IMG/VR virus record: IMGVR_UViG_2778261160_000004
Reading direction: 5' to 3' (one strand)
DNA from: a virus
Lineage: Duplodnaviria; Heunggongvirae; Uroviricota; Caudoviricetes
Length of the DNA stretch: 30,200 nucleotides
Shown: piece after piece, positions 1-8,617 of the stretch
Layout of the letters: each line of letters begins with the position of its first letter
How positions within the stretch are numbered: position 1 is the stretch's first letter
Translations under genes and position numbers: made by a program
Notes under the pieces: model-generated
Told to the model about the DNA's origin: nothing
Databases searched by the model: none
The model's input: only the letters and a program-made list of their open reading frames with translations

Positions 1-19
1 CTATTTGATAAATATTAAA

Positions 20-1300
20 TTAATTTTTCATTGCTTCGTTATGGGGCATGGTTGGGGCAAACTCGCTTAACTGTGTATTTAACAAAGCTACCTGTGCATT
101 ATTGTTTTCAGACATCCATTTTCCGTATACCTGAAATACCATTTGCGCATCTGCATGGCCCATCTGGTTTGCTATAAATGCCGGGTTAGCACCAGCTGTC
201 AGCGACCAGCAGGCATAAGTATGTCTCGACTGATATGATTTTCGATGGCGGAGTCCGGCACGTTTTATCGCTGCGTCCCACATCTGCCTTATTGAGTCAA
301 CGGTAAAATGGTCACCATAATTTTTTACTCTCGCTGACACTTCAGGTTGAAAAACAAAGGTGCATTTTTGTTTTTCTGTTCTGCCATACTCTCTGAGGTG
401 AACATCAATGATATGCTCTTTGCTCAGTCTCGTTAATGTCATCTGACTCCGGAGAGCGTCGATTGCTGGCTTAATAAGATGAATGACCCGATTGGTTCCC
501 GCCTGTGTTTTTGGTACCGTGAAACGGTCTTTTGCTAAATTTCTCCTGATCATCATTGTTCCATTTTTCAGATCTATGTCCTCCCATCCAAGTGCACACA
601 GCTCACCAGGGCGAACGCCAGTATAAACAGAAACACACCATAAATTTTTTGCTTGCTGATTTCTGCACGCATCGATAAGACGGATAAATTCCTCCCGCGC
701 AAGAGGATCCGGAATGGTTCTTGATTCCTTTAATGGCGAGATCCCCTTAAACGGATTATCTGCCAGGTAACCGTTATCAACACCAAACTGGAACACGGCG
801 TTAAGATTTGTCATGTAATTATTTACAGTTACAGCCGATCTCCCTGGTTGTGTAACAATATAGTTACTTTTGGGGATCTGGTATCCAGTCAGTAGCTCTT
901 TACGAACCTCCAGTAATTTTTCTTTATTAATCGATGAGGCAAGATTTTTTTCACCGATTATGCTCAGGATATTTTTGATGACGGCACGGTATGTGTTGAG
1001 TGATGTTTTGGCGACTTCAGTTTCTTTCAGTGCCAGAAATTTTTCAGCCAGTTCTTTTATGGTTAAATCTTGTCGGGCCTCACCAAATTTTTCCAGATTG
1101 CGTGAGGAGGGAAACTGTTTTGCATAGTCGAAAACACCAGTTTTTATTGCGTAACAAACAGAGGAGCGTAGTTCACCTGCAACGCGCCTGTTTTTTGCTG
1201 TGTCAGGAACCCCCAGATTTTCCCTGACTCTTACGCCTTTATAAACAAACCAGATACGTAATTTCCCTCCATGGTTTTCCACGCCTGTCGGATATTTCAT
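20..1300 (-). CDS. Phage tyrosine integrase (site-specific recombinase)
   Basis: 431-aa ORF. C-terminal catalytic signature visible (…SRHTYACW… and …QMGHADAQMVFQVYGKW…, consistent with the R-H-R-Y integrase box). Start chosen at second ATG (MKYPTG…), which has a purine-rich upstream region; first ATG at 1315 is also possible. Confidence 0.88.
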   Translation of the reverse strand: MKYPTGVENHGGKLRIWFVYKGVRVRENLGVPDTAKNRRVAGELRSSVCYAIKTGVFDYAKQFPSSRNLEKFGEARQDLTIKELAEKFLALKETEVAKTSLNTYRAVIKNILSIIGEKNLASSINKEKLLEVRKELLTGYQIPKSNYIVTQPGRSAVTVNNYMTNLNAVFQFGVDNGYLADNPFKGISPLKESRTIPDPLAREEFIRLIDACRNQQAKNLWCVSVYTGVRPGELCALGWEDIDLKNGTMMIRRNLAKDRFTVPKTQAGTNRVIHLIKPAIDALRSQMTLTRLSKEHIIDVHLREYGRTEKQKCTFVFQPEVSARVKNYGDHFTVDSIRQMWDAAIKRAGLRHRKSYQSRHTYACWSLTAGANPAFIANQMGHADAQMVFQVYGKWMSENNNAQVALLNTQLSEFAPTMPHNEAMKN

Positions 1301-1334
1301 TTCAACTTCTCTCATTAGTTAGTGTGGCTTTTAG

Positions 1335-1586
1335 TCAAGTAAGATGACGTCTTGGTCTCGCTGATGCCTGGCGCTCAATCCAGCGATCAATTTCTTCCAG
1401 GTTGTAAAAGCATGGACTGTTATCCCATGGCATACCGTCATGAGCGACATGCTTATATTCCCTTCCTTCCATAAACGATTTTTCCCGGGCCTTTTTTAAC
1501 GTACCTTTTTTTATTCCTTTCAGCGCAATTAACTGCTCTTCGGATACCCATTTGCCGGGAGAGACAATCATGATTACTTCGCTCAT
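1335..1586 (-). CDS. Small basic protein, putative excisionase/directionality factor
   Basis: 83-aa ORF immediately upstream of and co-oriented with the integrase; size and position typical of xis. No motif-level confirmation. Confidence 0.5.
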   Translation of the reverse strand: MSEVIMIVSPGKWVSEEQLIALKGIKKGTLKKAREKSFMEGREYKHVAHDGMPWDNSPCFYNLEEIDRWIERQASARPRRHLT

Positions 1587-1658
1587 CGATTTCTTTATCT
1601 CTTACATCAGACGAGCGCCGGTTGCAGAATACCAGTCACAACCGGCGACAGTTGAACA

Positions 1659-4130
1659 TTAAGAATCAGCCTGACTCGGGATCAGTTTTTGCCAGATAAC
1701 TGAAACGTATTTTGCCTGGTAACGGGCGTCATCAAGTGCATTATGGCGCTCACCTTCGAATGGAATAGCCGTTCTGGCATCGAAGTCTATGGCTTTCCCC
1801 AGCTCAACGATTGTGCGTACATCGCGATCGTTGTAGTAACGCCACGGGCAGGGGATCCCCTGCCGTTCGTATGAACGGCGCAAAATCGTGTTGTCGAAGT
1901 TGGCTCCATTTCCCCAAACCTGAACAAAAAATTCACCGGAGTTTTCGTCGATAAATTCCCGCAATTGTAACAGTGCATCATCTAACGGGATTTCATCGGT
2001 CATAATGGCAGATTGCGCTTCGCGTGATTGCTTAAGCCACCATTTAATGGTGTCCCGATCAATGACTCCGCCAGCAGTTTCCAGATCGATAGTCTTACTA
2101 AATTCCGGTCCCATATCTCCGGTTTGCGGATCGAAAAATATTGCACCTATTGAGATGATCGGGGCATCAGGATTTTTTCCCATGGTTTCAAGGTCGATCA
2201 TTAGATGGTCACACGTCCTGCTGGTGGATGTGATTTCGTGATGACCGTTCACCTTAATTGGGTGATCTGCCGTCTCGCCAGTTTCATTATCGCTATTGTG
2301 ATGCTGATTGCCGCCAGTGTTCTCCTTGTGTGGATGTTCAGCGCCTTCCATTTCCTCCGGATCATCTTCCTGAACTTCAACCTGATACTCTTCATCGAAT
2401 GTTTCTTGGTATGTTGCGTCGCCCATCACCGCGCCACAATCAGGGCAGTTGCCGCCGCCGGTCTGACCGCAGGCGGTGCAGACTTTTTCCACTTCCTGTT
2501 GCGCTACTGGTTCAGGCTGTTTCGTTTCTGGCTCGTTTTGTAACGCATTTGGACTGTTTTGTTCCGCTTTTTGGTAGTTCCGTTCCGATTCATGCTGGTT
2601 CTGGTTCACAGAATCGCGGGTCTGGATCCCCTTAACCCATTTCGGATCATTCGGGTCACTAATCCCTTCAACAAATTCACCACGTGATGCAGCAAGCAAC
2701 TTATCAGCGTCAGGCTGGCTGATATTGGCTGCCTGCATAATTTTGTTTACTTCGTCAGCGGTAACTTTTATCGGCTCTGGTTGTTCTGAATCTTCAGCGG
2801 TATCTACATTTTGCGGTAAGCCCGTGTATGTGCCATTTTTTCGGGCAAAATATTCTTCTTTTGTGATTTCAGTGGCGCCAGCAGCCAGTGCCTTATCCAG
2901 ACCAGAAAGTTTGTTTGCGCGACCGTATTTTTCTCCGTCCTTATCTGCGAAGAGGAAATAGAACGGCCCCTCACGCTCTACAGATGGTTCAGCTTCCGGC
3001 GCGGTTTCATTTTTTGGGATATCAGATACCTCAGTTTCCACTGCATCAGTTTGTGTTTCTGATGACTGGAGAACATCAACAGTGCCCAGGTCTGTTTCTT
3101 CATTCTCAAACACGCCCTTTGTCGTCAGGTATTCGCAGATATATTTGTTCAGTGCTACGGGATCTTTGTGAATGTCGATCGGACGCTCACGGACAAGGCC
3201 AAAAATAGTCTGGCGGTCGTAGCGAAGGGCATCAGGCTGTTTGCGCATTGATGCCGAGATACGCTTCCAGTCTTCGCGGTCGTTGTCGATAACTTCTTTT
3301 TTTGCCCAGCGATGGATGCTGCCGTCAATGTTTCCGGCATCCACATCACCAGGCCAGAGAGCGTAGGCCAGTTCGTCATCCAGTGTTTTCCATGTCTGCT
3401 TGTATTCGCGATGAATGGCAGCAATGACCGGGCTGATTTTTCCTGTTGAATTTTCAGTGTACTGTTGATTGGCTCTGGCGCGTGCGAGATCAACAACAGA
3501 CGTGTATTTTCCGGTTTCCTTGCGTTCACCTTCGCGACGTTTTTTCCAGATGCGCATCTCTGCCTGAATTTCGGGCCATTTAGCACCAGGAATACATTTA
3601 TGCTTAACCCACCCAATGGCGTGCAACTTAAGCTCCGGATACATGGCGTTAACTTCTGGCATTTTCATCAACGCTTCAACGATATGTCCGTCGAATGTTG
3701 CCATGTCTTCCTGCAACAATTCCTGTGCGCTAATAACCATATCAACGGTGATGTTTTCACATGTGTCGAACTTAACCATGACAGCGTTCTGTACTTCAGG
3801 GGCCAGCTTGTCAAAAGTGACGTTCATCGGATCGGATTCAGTCTCAATCGGGACAAAAGAAGCAGACTCCTCATCCCAGCGGTTTTCCTGCATATATTCA
3901 GCATCCCATGAATCGAGGGCAGGGCGGGGTATGCCAGGTTTATCCTCGCAGACAATAAATTTATAAGCGCAGTCCTGAGCAGCCGGATAATGTTCCAGGA
4001 ATTGCCAGTGAAATTTTGCTCGAGCACGGCGTTCGTCGCCAGCTTCAATGGCTGTGGCTACAGCCACAGCGCCTTCTTCCCTTGTTGCCAGTTCGTCAGG
4101 AATAGCGGCGCAAATAAAGACTTTACTCAT
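1659..4130 (-). CDS. Large early-operon protein with C-terminal DEDDh (DnaQ-like) 3'-5' exonuclease domain
   Basis: 823-aa ORF. C-terminal third carries the three exonuclease motifs in order: MIDLETMG (Exo I, D-x-E), WGNGANFDNTIL (Exo II), HNALDDARYQAKY (Exo III, H-x4-D). A Cys cluster (CTACGQTGGGNCPDCG) lies mid-protein. Occupies the position of ydfE in K-12 Qin. Confidence 0.8.
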   Translation of the reverse strand: MSKVFICAAIPDELATREEGAVAVATAIEAGDERRARAKFHWQFLEHYPAAQDCAYKFIVCEDKPGIPRPALDSWDAEYMQENRWDEESASFVPIETESDPMNVTFDKLAPEVQNAVMVKFDTCENITVDMVISAQELLQEDMATFDGHIVEALMKMPEVNAMYPELKLHAIGWVKHKCIPGAKWPEIQAEMRIWKKRREGERKETGKYTSVVDLARARANQQYTENSTGKISPVIAAIHREYKQTWKTLDDELAYALWPGDVDAGNIDGSIHRWAKKEVIDNDREDWKRISASMRKQPDALRYDRQTIFGLVRERPIDIHKDPVALNKYICEYLTTKGVFENEETDLGTVDVLQSSETQTDAVETEVSDIPKNETAPEAEPSVEREGPFYFLFADKDGEKYGRANKLSGLDKALAAGATEITKEEYFARKNGTYTGLPQNVDTAEDSEQPEPIKVTADEVNKIMQAANISQPDADKLLAASRGEFVEGISDPNDPKWVKGIQTRDSVNQNQHESERNYQKAEQNSPNALQNEPETKQPEPVAQQEVEKVCTACGQTGGGNCPDCGAVMGDATYQETFDEEYQVEVQEDDPEEMEGAEHPHKENTGGNQHHNSDNETGETADHPIKVNGHHEITSTSRTCDHLMIDLETMGKNPDAPIISIGAIFFDPQTGDMGPEFSKTIDLETAGGVIDRDTIKWWLKQSREAQSAIMTDEIPLDDALLQLREFIDENSGEFFVQVWGNGANFDNTILRRSYERQGIPCPWRYYNDRDVRTIVELGKAIDFDARTAIPFEGERHNALDDARYQAKYVSVIWQKLIPSQADS

Positions 4131-4223
4131 TTTGTTTTAACCTCATGACAGATTTAAGGATGAACAAATCCCTGCCATTGCTGGCATATAAGAATGAAAC
4201 CGGATATTTATTACGGAACTGTT

Positions 4224-4415
4224 TTAAAGACCTGCCGGGATTTCGATATTATCCTGGTTAATAACTTTATCGACCGGGTAACAGTTACCGGGAATTTTCT
4301 GTTCGGTTGCTGCAGTCATACACTCCGGCATTGTCCTGTGAACACTGACTGCAATATCAACTGGCACTCCGGAAACAAGAAAAACTGTCAGAACAAGCGC
4401 AAATGCTGAATTCAT
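4224..4415 (-). CDS. ydfD: YdfD-like small lysis/membrane protein
   Basis: 63 aa from internal ATG (MNSAFALVLTVFLVSG…) with hydrophobic N-terminus. Start overlaps the dicB stop as ATGA (translational coupling). Matches YdfD of K-12 Qin as I recall it. Confidence 0.7.
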   Translation of the reverse strand: MNSAFALVLTVFLVSGVPVDIAVSVHRTMPECMTAATEQKIPGNCYPVDKVINQDNIEIPAGL

Positions 4416-4600
4416 TGTGCACATCCTTTTGGCATCAGACGTAAACGAGCCAGCATTGAAACAATGCATATTTTATTTAATAGCTCCCGTTCTTGTTTTC
4501 TCTTGTTAATGGCATCTTCAGTAAATACAGGGTTACTGATAGTGACACCAATTTCAAAACAACCTTCAGACGTATTAACGTTTGGTAATAACGTTTTCAT
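4412..4600 (-). CDS. dicB: Cell division inhibitor DicB
   Basis: 62-aa product MKTLLPNVNTSEGCFEIGVTISNPVFTEDAINKRKQERELLNKICIVSMLARLRLMPKGCAQ, matching DicB from memory. GAGGA Shine-Dalgarno about 8 nt upstream of ATG at 4600. The ORF track's longer 97-aa call extends upstream without a better start. Confidence 0.82.
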   Translation of the reverse strand: MKTLLPNVNTSEGCFEIGVTISNPVFTEDAINKRKQERELLNKICIVSMLARLRLMPKGCAQ

Positions 4601-4769
4601 TATCGCGTCCTCAACAATGAATTTTGTGATGCAGTGCCTGGTGCCTCCAGGTGACGTTAACCAGTTAACAATTAACGTCGGATACAGAGAATCCACCCAT
4701 AACACTGTTTTTGGTTTTAACTGTTCCGCGTGCGCTTAGCCGCATTCACCGCATAACAAAATTCACTTT

Positions 4770-4828
4770 AAAAACGGCGGCAGAGCAGTCACGGAGTAAA
4801 ACTGATACCGCCAAACGTCACCAGAAAA
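4770..4828 (-). ncRNA. dicF: DicF small regulatory RNA (ftsZ translation inhibitor)
   Basis: Minus-strand sequence UUUCUGGUGACGUUUGGCGGUAUCAGUUUUACUCCGUGACUGCUCUGCCGCC followed by a U-run. Near-identical to DicF of K-12 as recalled; lies just upstream of dicB as in K-12. Exact 5' and 3' ends approximate. Confidence 0.8.
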
Positions 4829-5086
4829 TTGATAACAGAGGGCGTTGCAGCGGGGTTGTCACTTAAGCGTATGGTCAACCTGACAACCCGGTGTCCTCAA
4901 CGGGGAAGGAATAACCCCGCCATACTTACCGCCGCGCCATTTTGCGGGTTGCCACAACCGGAAGCGCACGGTCGAATTAAATTTAACGACACCGTACAGT
5001 GAGACGAACTTCGCCGTGCGCTTTCGTGTTGTGTGCCTGCTTTTAACCACGTCAGGCGAGGTGGTATCCTTAAAATCACCACAGTT

Positions 5087-5662
5087 TTAAGGATTCATTA
5101 AGCAATGTCGCAACCACCAATAAATCCGCTTAAGAACATGAAAATTGATTACTGGTATAAAGCGCTTACAGTTGTTGGCGCTGTGTTGTTTGTCTTTAAT
5201 GGAACGTCTTTTTTTGACAGATATCCCGTTGTTCCATTGGGTTTTTTGTCCTCCGGCATCTTTTTTATTGGTTTGGGGAAGTGGATTAATCACCCTCTCA
5301 AAGTGAGATTTATTGGCCCTGGAGTTTGGACTCGTGGATATAATCGTTCTTCGTGCGCACTCGGTATCATCTTCGACATACTTGGTTGTTTCCTGATTGT
5401 TACAGGAGTCGTCAAGTTCTTCTGATGTAAAACCGCAAATGGGGCACGTAACGGGAATTTTGAAAAGCGTTTCTCCGGGTTCCAGAACAAAATTTTCTGC
5501 GGTCTGATTTTGCTTCTCATATTTGTGCTCCGCGTCATTGTGAGAGCACATTCTTATTCTGAGTGCCTGTTTAAACTCACTGAAGCTGAGAGCTTCTTCG
5601 CCTTCGGCAAGGCCTTCGAAGTATTCTTCGTAAGTCTTTTCCATGATTGTGTCGAAATCCAT
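5087..5662 (-). CDS. Hypothetical early-operon protein (ydfB/ydfC position); coding assignment uncertain
   Basis: Start 1 nt after the ydfA-like stop (TGATATG arrangement). N-terminal half is acidic and protein-like with a C-P-I-C-G motif; C-terminal half is lysine-rich and coincides with a hydrophobic antisense ORF (5105-5425, plus strand), so part may be non-coding. Confidence 0.35.
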   Translation of the reverse strand: MDFDTIMEKTYEEYFEGLAEGEEALSFSEFKQALRIRMCSHNDAEHKYEKQNQTAENFVLEPGETLFKIPVTCPICGFTSEELDDSCNNQETTKYVEDDTECARRTIISTSPNSRANKSHFERVINPLPQTNKKDAGGQKTQWNNGISVKKRRSIKDKQHSANNCKRFIPVINFHVLKRIYWWLRHCLMNP

Positions 5663-5663
5663 A

Positions 5664-5819
5664 TCACTCACCTGAGTTTCTTTCCAGCCAGCGACGGGCA
5701 CCATTTTCGGTTTTAAACGTTTTGCTTTTGGTATACGTCATCGCGGTGAACGTGCCGTCCTGGTTGGGGAACACGCCACATACCAGAGATTCGCTGTTGC
5801 CAAGATCGATAGTATCCAT
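5664..5819 (-). CDS. ydfA: YdfA-like small protein, first gene of the dicB operon
   Basis: 51 aa from internal ATG: MDTIDLGNSESLVCGVFPNQDGTFTAMTYTKSKTFKTENGARRWLERNSGE. GGGGA/GAGG ribosome-binding region upstream. Size and position match ydfA of K-12 Qin (from memory). Confidence 0.65.
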   Translation of the reverse strand: MDTIDLGNSESLVCGVFPNQDGTFTAMTYTKSKTFKTENGARRWLERNSGE

Positions 5820-5932
5820 GCTGACCTCATTTCCCCTTAACGCCGGGGTAGCGGAACTGTTTGCTGAGAACACCGTGCGGTGTCTTGATGGAAAGTAATT
5901 TAGAATAACCTAACATGAGAGGCAAGTGTTTT

Positions 5933-5952
5933 TTGTTAGATTGGTCTAACAA
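5933..5952. promoter_or_regulatory. Palindromic operator (TTGTTAGA-N4-TCTAACAA), putative DicA site in the dicB-operon promoter region
   Basis: Perfect 8-bp inverted repeat with 4-bp spacer, between the dicA stop and the ydfA start. Same half-site recurs at 6445-6462. Confidence 0.6.
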
Positions 5953-5987
5953 AAAGAGTGGGCGCAACTAATCACTTGAAAAGAATG

Positions 5988-6395
5988 TTATTTTATTGAT
6001 TTATTTTTACGCGCTTTAAGCATTTCTTCGAAGAGTTTGTTGAAGTTTTCTACTCTTGCGCGCATTTCAGACAGCAAGGCTTCCTGCTCGGAAGATGGAA
6101 GAGCATCGAATAATTCGATCAATTCTTTGTGGTTGGGAGTTAGCTCTGTTTCCACATGAAGTTCTTGTGCAGGCACTGGTGCCTTGTCTTCGTCACCAAA
6201 CATTAGCCATGTAGGTGAGCACTTCAGAGCATCCGCTAAAGCAAACAATCGTTTTCCGACTGGCTGGGTTTCGTCTCTTTCCCATTGTGAAATTGTGACG
6301 TGAGCAACTCCAGCGAGGCGCGCAGCTTCTCGTTGTGTTAAGCGTAATTCTTTTCGTCGCGCCAGAACTCGCTGGCCTAGGGTTCTTGTATCCAT
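5988..6395 (-). CDS. dicA: CI-type HTH (XRE family) repressor DicA
   Basis: 135 aa. HTH region …LRLTQREAARLAGVAHVTISQWERDETQPVGKRLFALADALKCSPTWLMFGDED… and C-terminal …EMRARVENFNKLFEEMLKAR… closely resemble K-12 DicA as recalled. Divergent from dicC. Confidence 0.9.
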   Translation of the reverse strand: MDTRTLGQRVLARRKELRLTQREAARLAGVAHVTISQWERDETQPVGKRLFALADALKCSPTWLMFGDEDKAPVPAQELHVETELTPNHKELIELFDALPSSEQEALLSEMRARVENFNKLFEEMLKARKNKSIK

Positions 6396-6418
6396 AGTTA
6401 GGTAATTCTAATTTTTCT

Positions 6419-6462
6419 TGACTTAGGTATCCCGCGCACAATAATGTTAGAAAAGTCTAACA
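6419..6462 (+). promoter_or_regulatory. dicC promoter (TTGACT -35, 17-bp spacer, ATAATG -10 region) overlapped by palindromic operator TGTTAGA-N4-TCTAACA at 6445-6462
   Basis: Read directly from the dicA-dicC intergenic sequence. Operator half-sites identical to those at 5933-5952. Confidence 0.55.
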
Positions 6463-6475
6463 AGAGGGGGCTTTG

Positions 6476-6703
6476 ATGCTTAAAGTTGACGCAATTACTT
6501 TTTTTGGCAGCAAAACAAAGCTTGCCAATGCCGCAGGAGTGAGACTGGCAAGTGTTGCTGCTTGGGGGATACTGGTTCCTGAAGGTCGCGCGATGCGTCT
6601 ACAGGAGGCATCTGGCGGGGAGCTTCAGTATGATCCCAAAGTTTATGACGAATATCGTAAGACGAAGCGGGCGGGGCGGTTGAACAATGAAAATCACTCC
6701 TGA
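6476..6703 (+). CDS. dicC: Cro-like regulator DicC
   Basis: About 75 aa, (M)MLKVDAITFFGSKTKLANAAGVRLASVAAWG…YDPKVYDEYRKTKRAGRLNNENHS. AGAGGGGG Shine-Dalgarno 5 nt upstream of ATG 6476; a TTG at 6473 is an alternative start. Divergent from dicA. Confidence 0.85.
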   Translation: MLKVDAITFFGSKTKLANAAGVRLASVAAWGILVPEGRAMRLQEASGGELQYDPKVYDEYRKTKRAGRLNNENHS

Positions 6704-7208
6704 ACAGGCTCGTGAGGCTCTGGATGCCTGGATATGTCGACCAGGAATGACACAGGAGCAGGCGACGATATTAATCACTGAAGCATTCTGGGCTTTGAAA
6801 GAGCGCCCGAACATCGATGTTCAGCGTGTCACATATGAAGGTGGCGCGGTTGATCAGCGAGCGCTTAGCGTTAATCGAGTGAAGATATTCGAACGCTGGA
6901 AGGCTATCGACACCAGGGATAAGCGTGAAAAGTTCACAGCGCTAGTGCCTGCAATTATGGAGGCTATCCGGATTAGTGATTTCAGGTTGTATCGTGAGAT
7001 CAGTGATGGAAAAAGTATTACGTACATGATCGCCGGGTTAAATAAAGAATATGGCGATGTGGTGGAATCTGGACTGCTTTTTGCAGATCCTGCCGTTGTA
7101 GATCGTGAAACTGACGAACTTATAGAAAAAGCAATTGCTTTCAAGCTTGCGTATCGACAGCAATACCAACAAAAAGCTGGATGGAATTATGAGTCTTCTT
7201 TTTGCTGA
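6687..7208 (+). CDS. Hypothetical early protein, possibly a regulator
   Basis: 173-aa ORF overlapping the dicC 3' end and the replication-gene 5' end (operon-like packing). No motif recognised with confidence. Confidence 0.6.
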   Translation: MKITPEQAREALDAWICRPGMTQEQATILITEAFWALKERPNIDVQRVTYEGGAVDQRALSVNRVKIFERWKAIDTRDKREKFTALVPAIMEAIRISDFRLYREISDGKSITYMIAGLNKEYGDVVESGLLFADPAVVDRETDELIEKAIAFKLAYRQQYQQKAGWNYESSFC

Positions 7209-8154
7209 ACGCCCACTGGTTATAAACACGCAGCTGGCAATGAAAATCGGCTTAAACGAAGCCATTGTTTTGCAACAACTGCACTACTGGTTGAGAGATA
7301 CCAACTCCGGTATGGAATGTGATGGTGTTCGCTGGATTTATAACACAACGGAACAATGGCTGGAACAGTTCCCATTCTGGTCAGAGTCAACGTTAAAGCG
7401 CGCGTTTGCAAGTCTGAAAACGCTGGGGCTTTTGCGTTGTGAAAAGCTCAATAAATCAAAGCGCGATATGACCAATTTCTACACGATCAACTATGGGAGC
7501 GAGCTTTTAGATGGTGGCAAATTGAACGAATCCATCGGTTCAAAATGCGCCGCTCCATCAGGTCAAAATGACACGATGGAAGAGGTCAAAATGAAACGCT
7601 CCATTGGTTCAAAACGACCCAATGTCATCGGGTCAAAATGGCCTGATGATCTTACAGAGAATACAACAGAGATTACTACAGAGAATAAAAACACTTTTCG
7701 TCCGGAAGCTTCGCAACCGGACCCGCAGACGACTGAACAGGATTTTTTAACCCGGAACCCCGACGCGGTTGTGTTTAGTGTGAAAAAACGCCAGTGGGGT
7801 AGCAGGGAGGATTTGGCGTGTGCGCAGTGGATTTGGGGGCGGATCGTGAACCTTTACGAACAGGCTGCCAGCGACGATGGAGAGATCATGCGACCAAAAG
7901 AGCCTAACTGGACAGCCTGGGCCAATGACGTGCGCACAATGCGGATGCTGGATGGCAGAAGCCACAGACAAATTTGCGAAATGTTTGGTCGGGTACAGCG
8001 GGATCCATTCTGGGTAAAAAACATCATGAGCCCGTCAAAACTCCGCGAAAAATGGGACGAACTGGTCATCCGCCTGGGACGTTCACCTGTACAGCGTTGT
8101 GTGAATCATATTTCTGAACCGGATACAGAAATTCCGCCTGGCTTCAGGGGATAA
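7189..8154 (+). CDS. Replication initiator (lambda O-like replisome organiser)
   Basis: N-terminal …LVINTQLAMKIGLNEAIVLQQLHYWL… typical of phage replication-initiator N-domains. Contains an internal iteron array (7536-7641), as lambda O contains ori. Start taken at ATG 7189 rather than ORF-track 7135. Confidence 0.75.
   Translation: MSLLFAERPLVINTQLAMKIGLNEAIVLQQLHYWLRDTNSGMECDGVRWIYNTTEQWLEQFPFWSESTLKRAFASLKTLGLLRCEKLNKSKRDMTNFYTINYGSELLDGGKLNESIGSKCAAPSGQNDTMEEVKMKRSIGSKRPNVIGSKWPDDLTENTTEITTENKNTFRPEASQPDPQTTEQDFLTRNPDAVVFSVKKRQWGSREDLACAQWIWGRIVNLYEQAASDDGEIMRPKEPNWTAWANDVRTMRMLDGRSHRQICEMFGRVQRDPFWVKNIMSPSKLREKWDELVIRLGRSPVQRCVNHISEPDTEIPPGFRG
7536..7641. repeat. Iteron array (five copies of GGT(T)CAAAA(T/C)G), putative origin of replication inside the initiator gene
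   Basis: Copies at about 7536-7548, 7558-7570, 7582-7593, 7604-7616 and 7630-7641, in phase with repeated IGSK/GSK peptide motifs. Confidence 0.55.
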
Positions 8155-8194
8155 GTGTTGATTTCAGGTCATGAGGTAATTTTAAGGGGGACTT

Positions 8195-8617
8195 GTGGCA
8201 AAAGTTTTTACACAAGAAGAGCGGGAAAAAATTAAAGGGCAGGTTGTTGAACTCGTACGCCGGAGTGGGCGTGAGACGTTACGGCAACTGGAAGTCAAGA
8301 CAGGTGCGACAAGATATCTGATGAGCGTTCTCGCAAGAGAGCTGGTTGCCAGCGGCGATGTATACAACTCTGGTTACGGGTTATTCCCGTCTGAACAGGC
8401 GCGTAAGGACTGGCAAAATGCCCGTAAAAAGCTCTCAAGGGCAAAGTTGAAGAAACCATCTGCGGTTGATCCGGACCTTATCTGGTCATTACCTGACGGA
8501 GAAATACGTCGCTACGACAGGCGTCAGAACATAATCTGTCGCGAGTGCCGGAAGAGTGAAGTTATGCAGCGCATACTAGCATTCTATCAGGGAAATGCTC
8601 GATATTTATTGAAGTGA
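8195..8617 (+). CDS. Hypothetical protein (replication-module accessory)
   Basis: 140-aa ORF with GTG start preceded by AAGGGGGA. Normal GC composition, co-oriented with the replication gene. Too short for a DnaC/P-like loader. Confidence 0.6.
   Translation: MAKVFTQEEREKIKGQVVELVRRSGRETLRQLEVKTGATRYLMSVLARELVASGDVYNSGYGLFPSEQARKDWQNARKKLSRAKLKKPSAVDPDLIWSLPDGEIRRYDRRQNIICRECRKSEVMQRILAFYQGNARYLLK

Noticed and set aside
2005-3966. Several plus-strand ORFs of 78-148 aa inside the exonuclease gene
   Set aside because: All are antisense to a long, motif-bearing minus-strand gene; no ribosome-binding sites. Typical shadow ORFs.
4859-5082. Two overlapping minus-strand ORFs (63 and 61 aa) just upstream of DicF, at the ydfC position
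   Set aside because: Both are Arg/Lys-rich, overlap each other in different frames, and lack clear start signals. The region more likely serves as DicF precursor or untranslated RNA; a decayed ydfC cannot be excluded.
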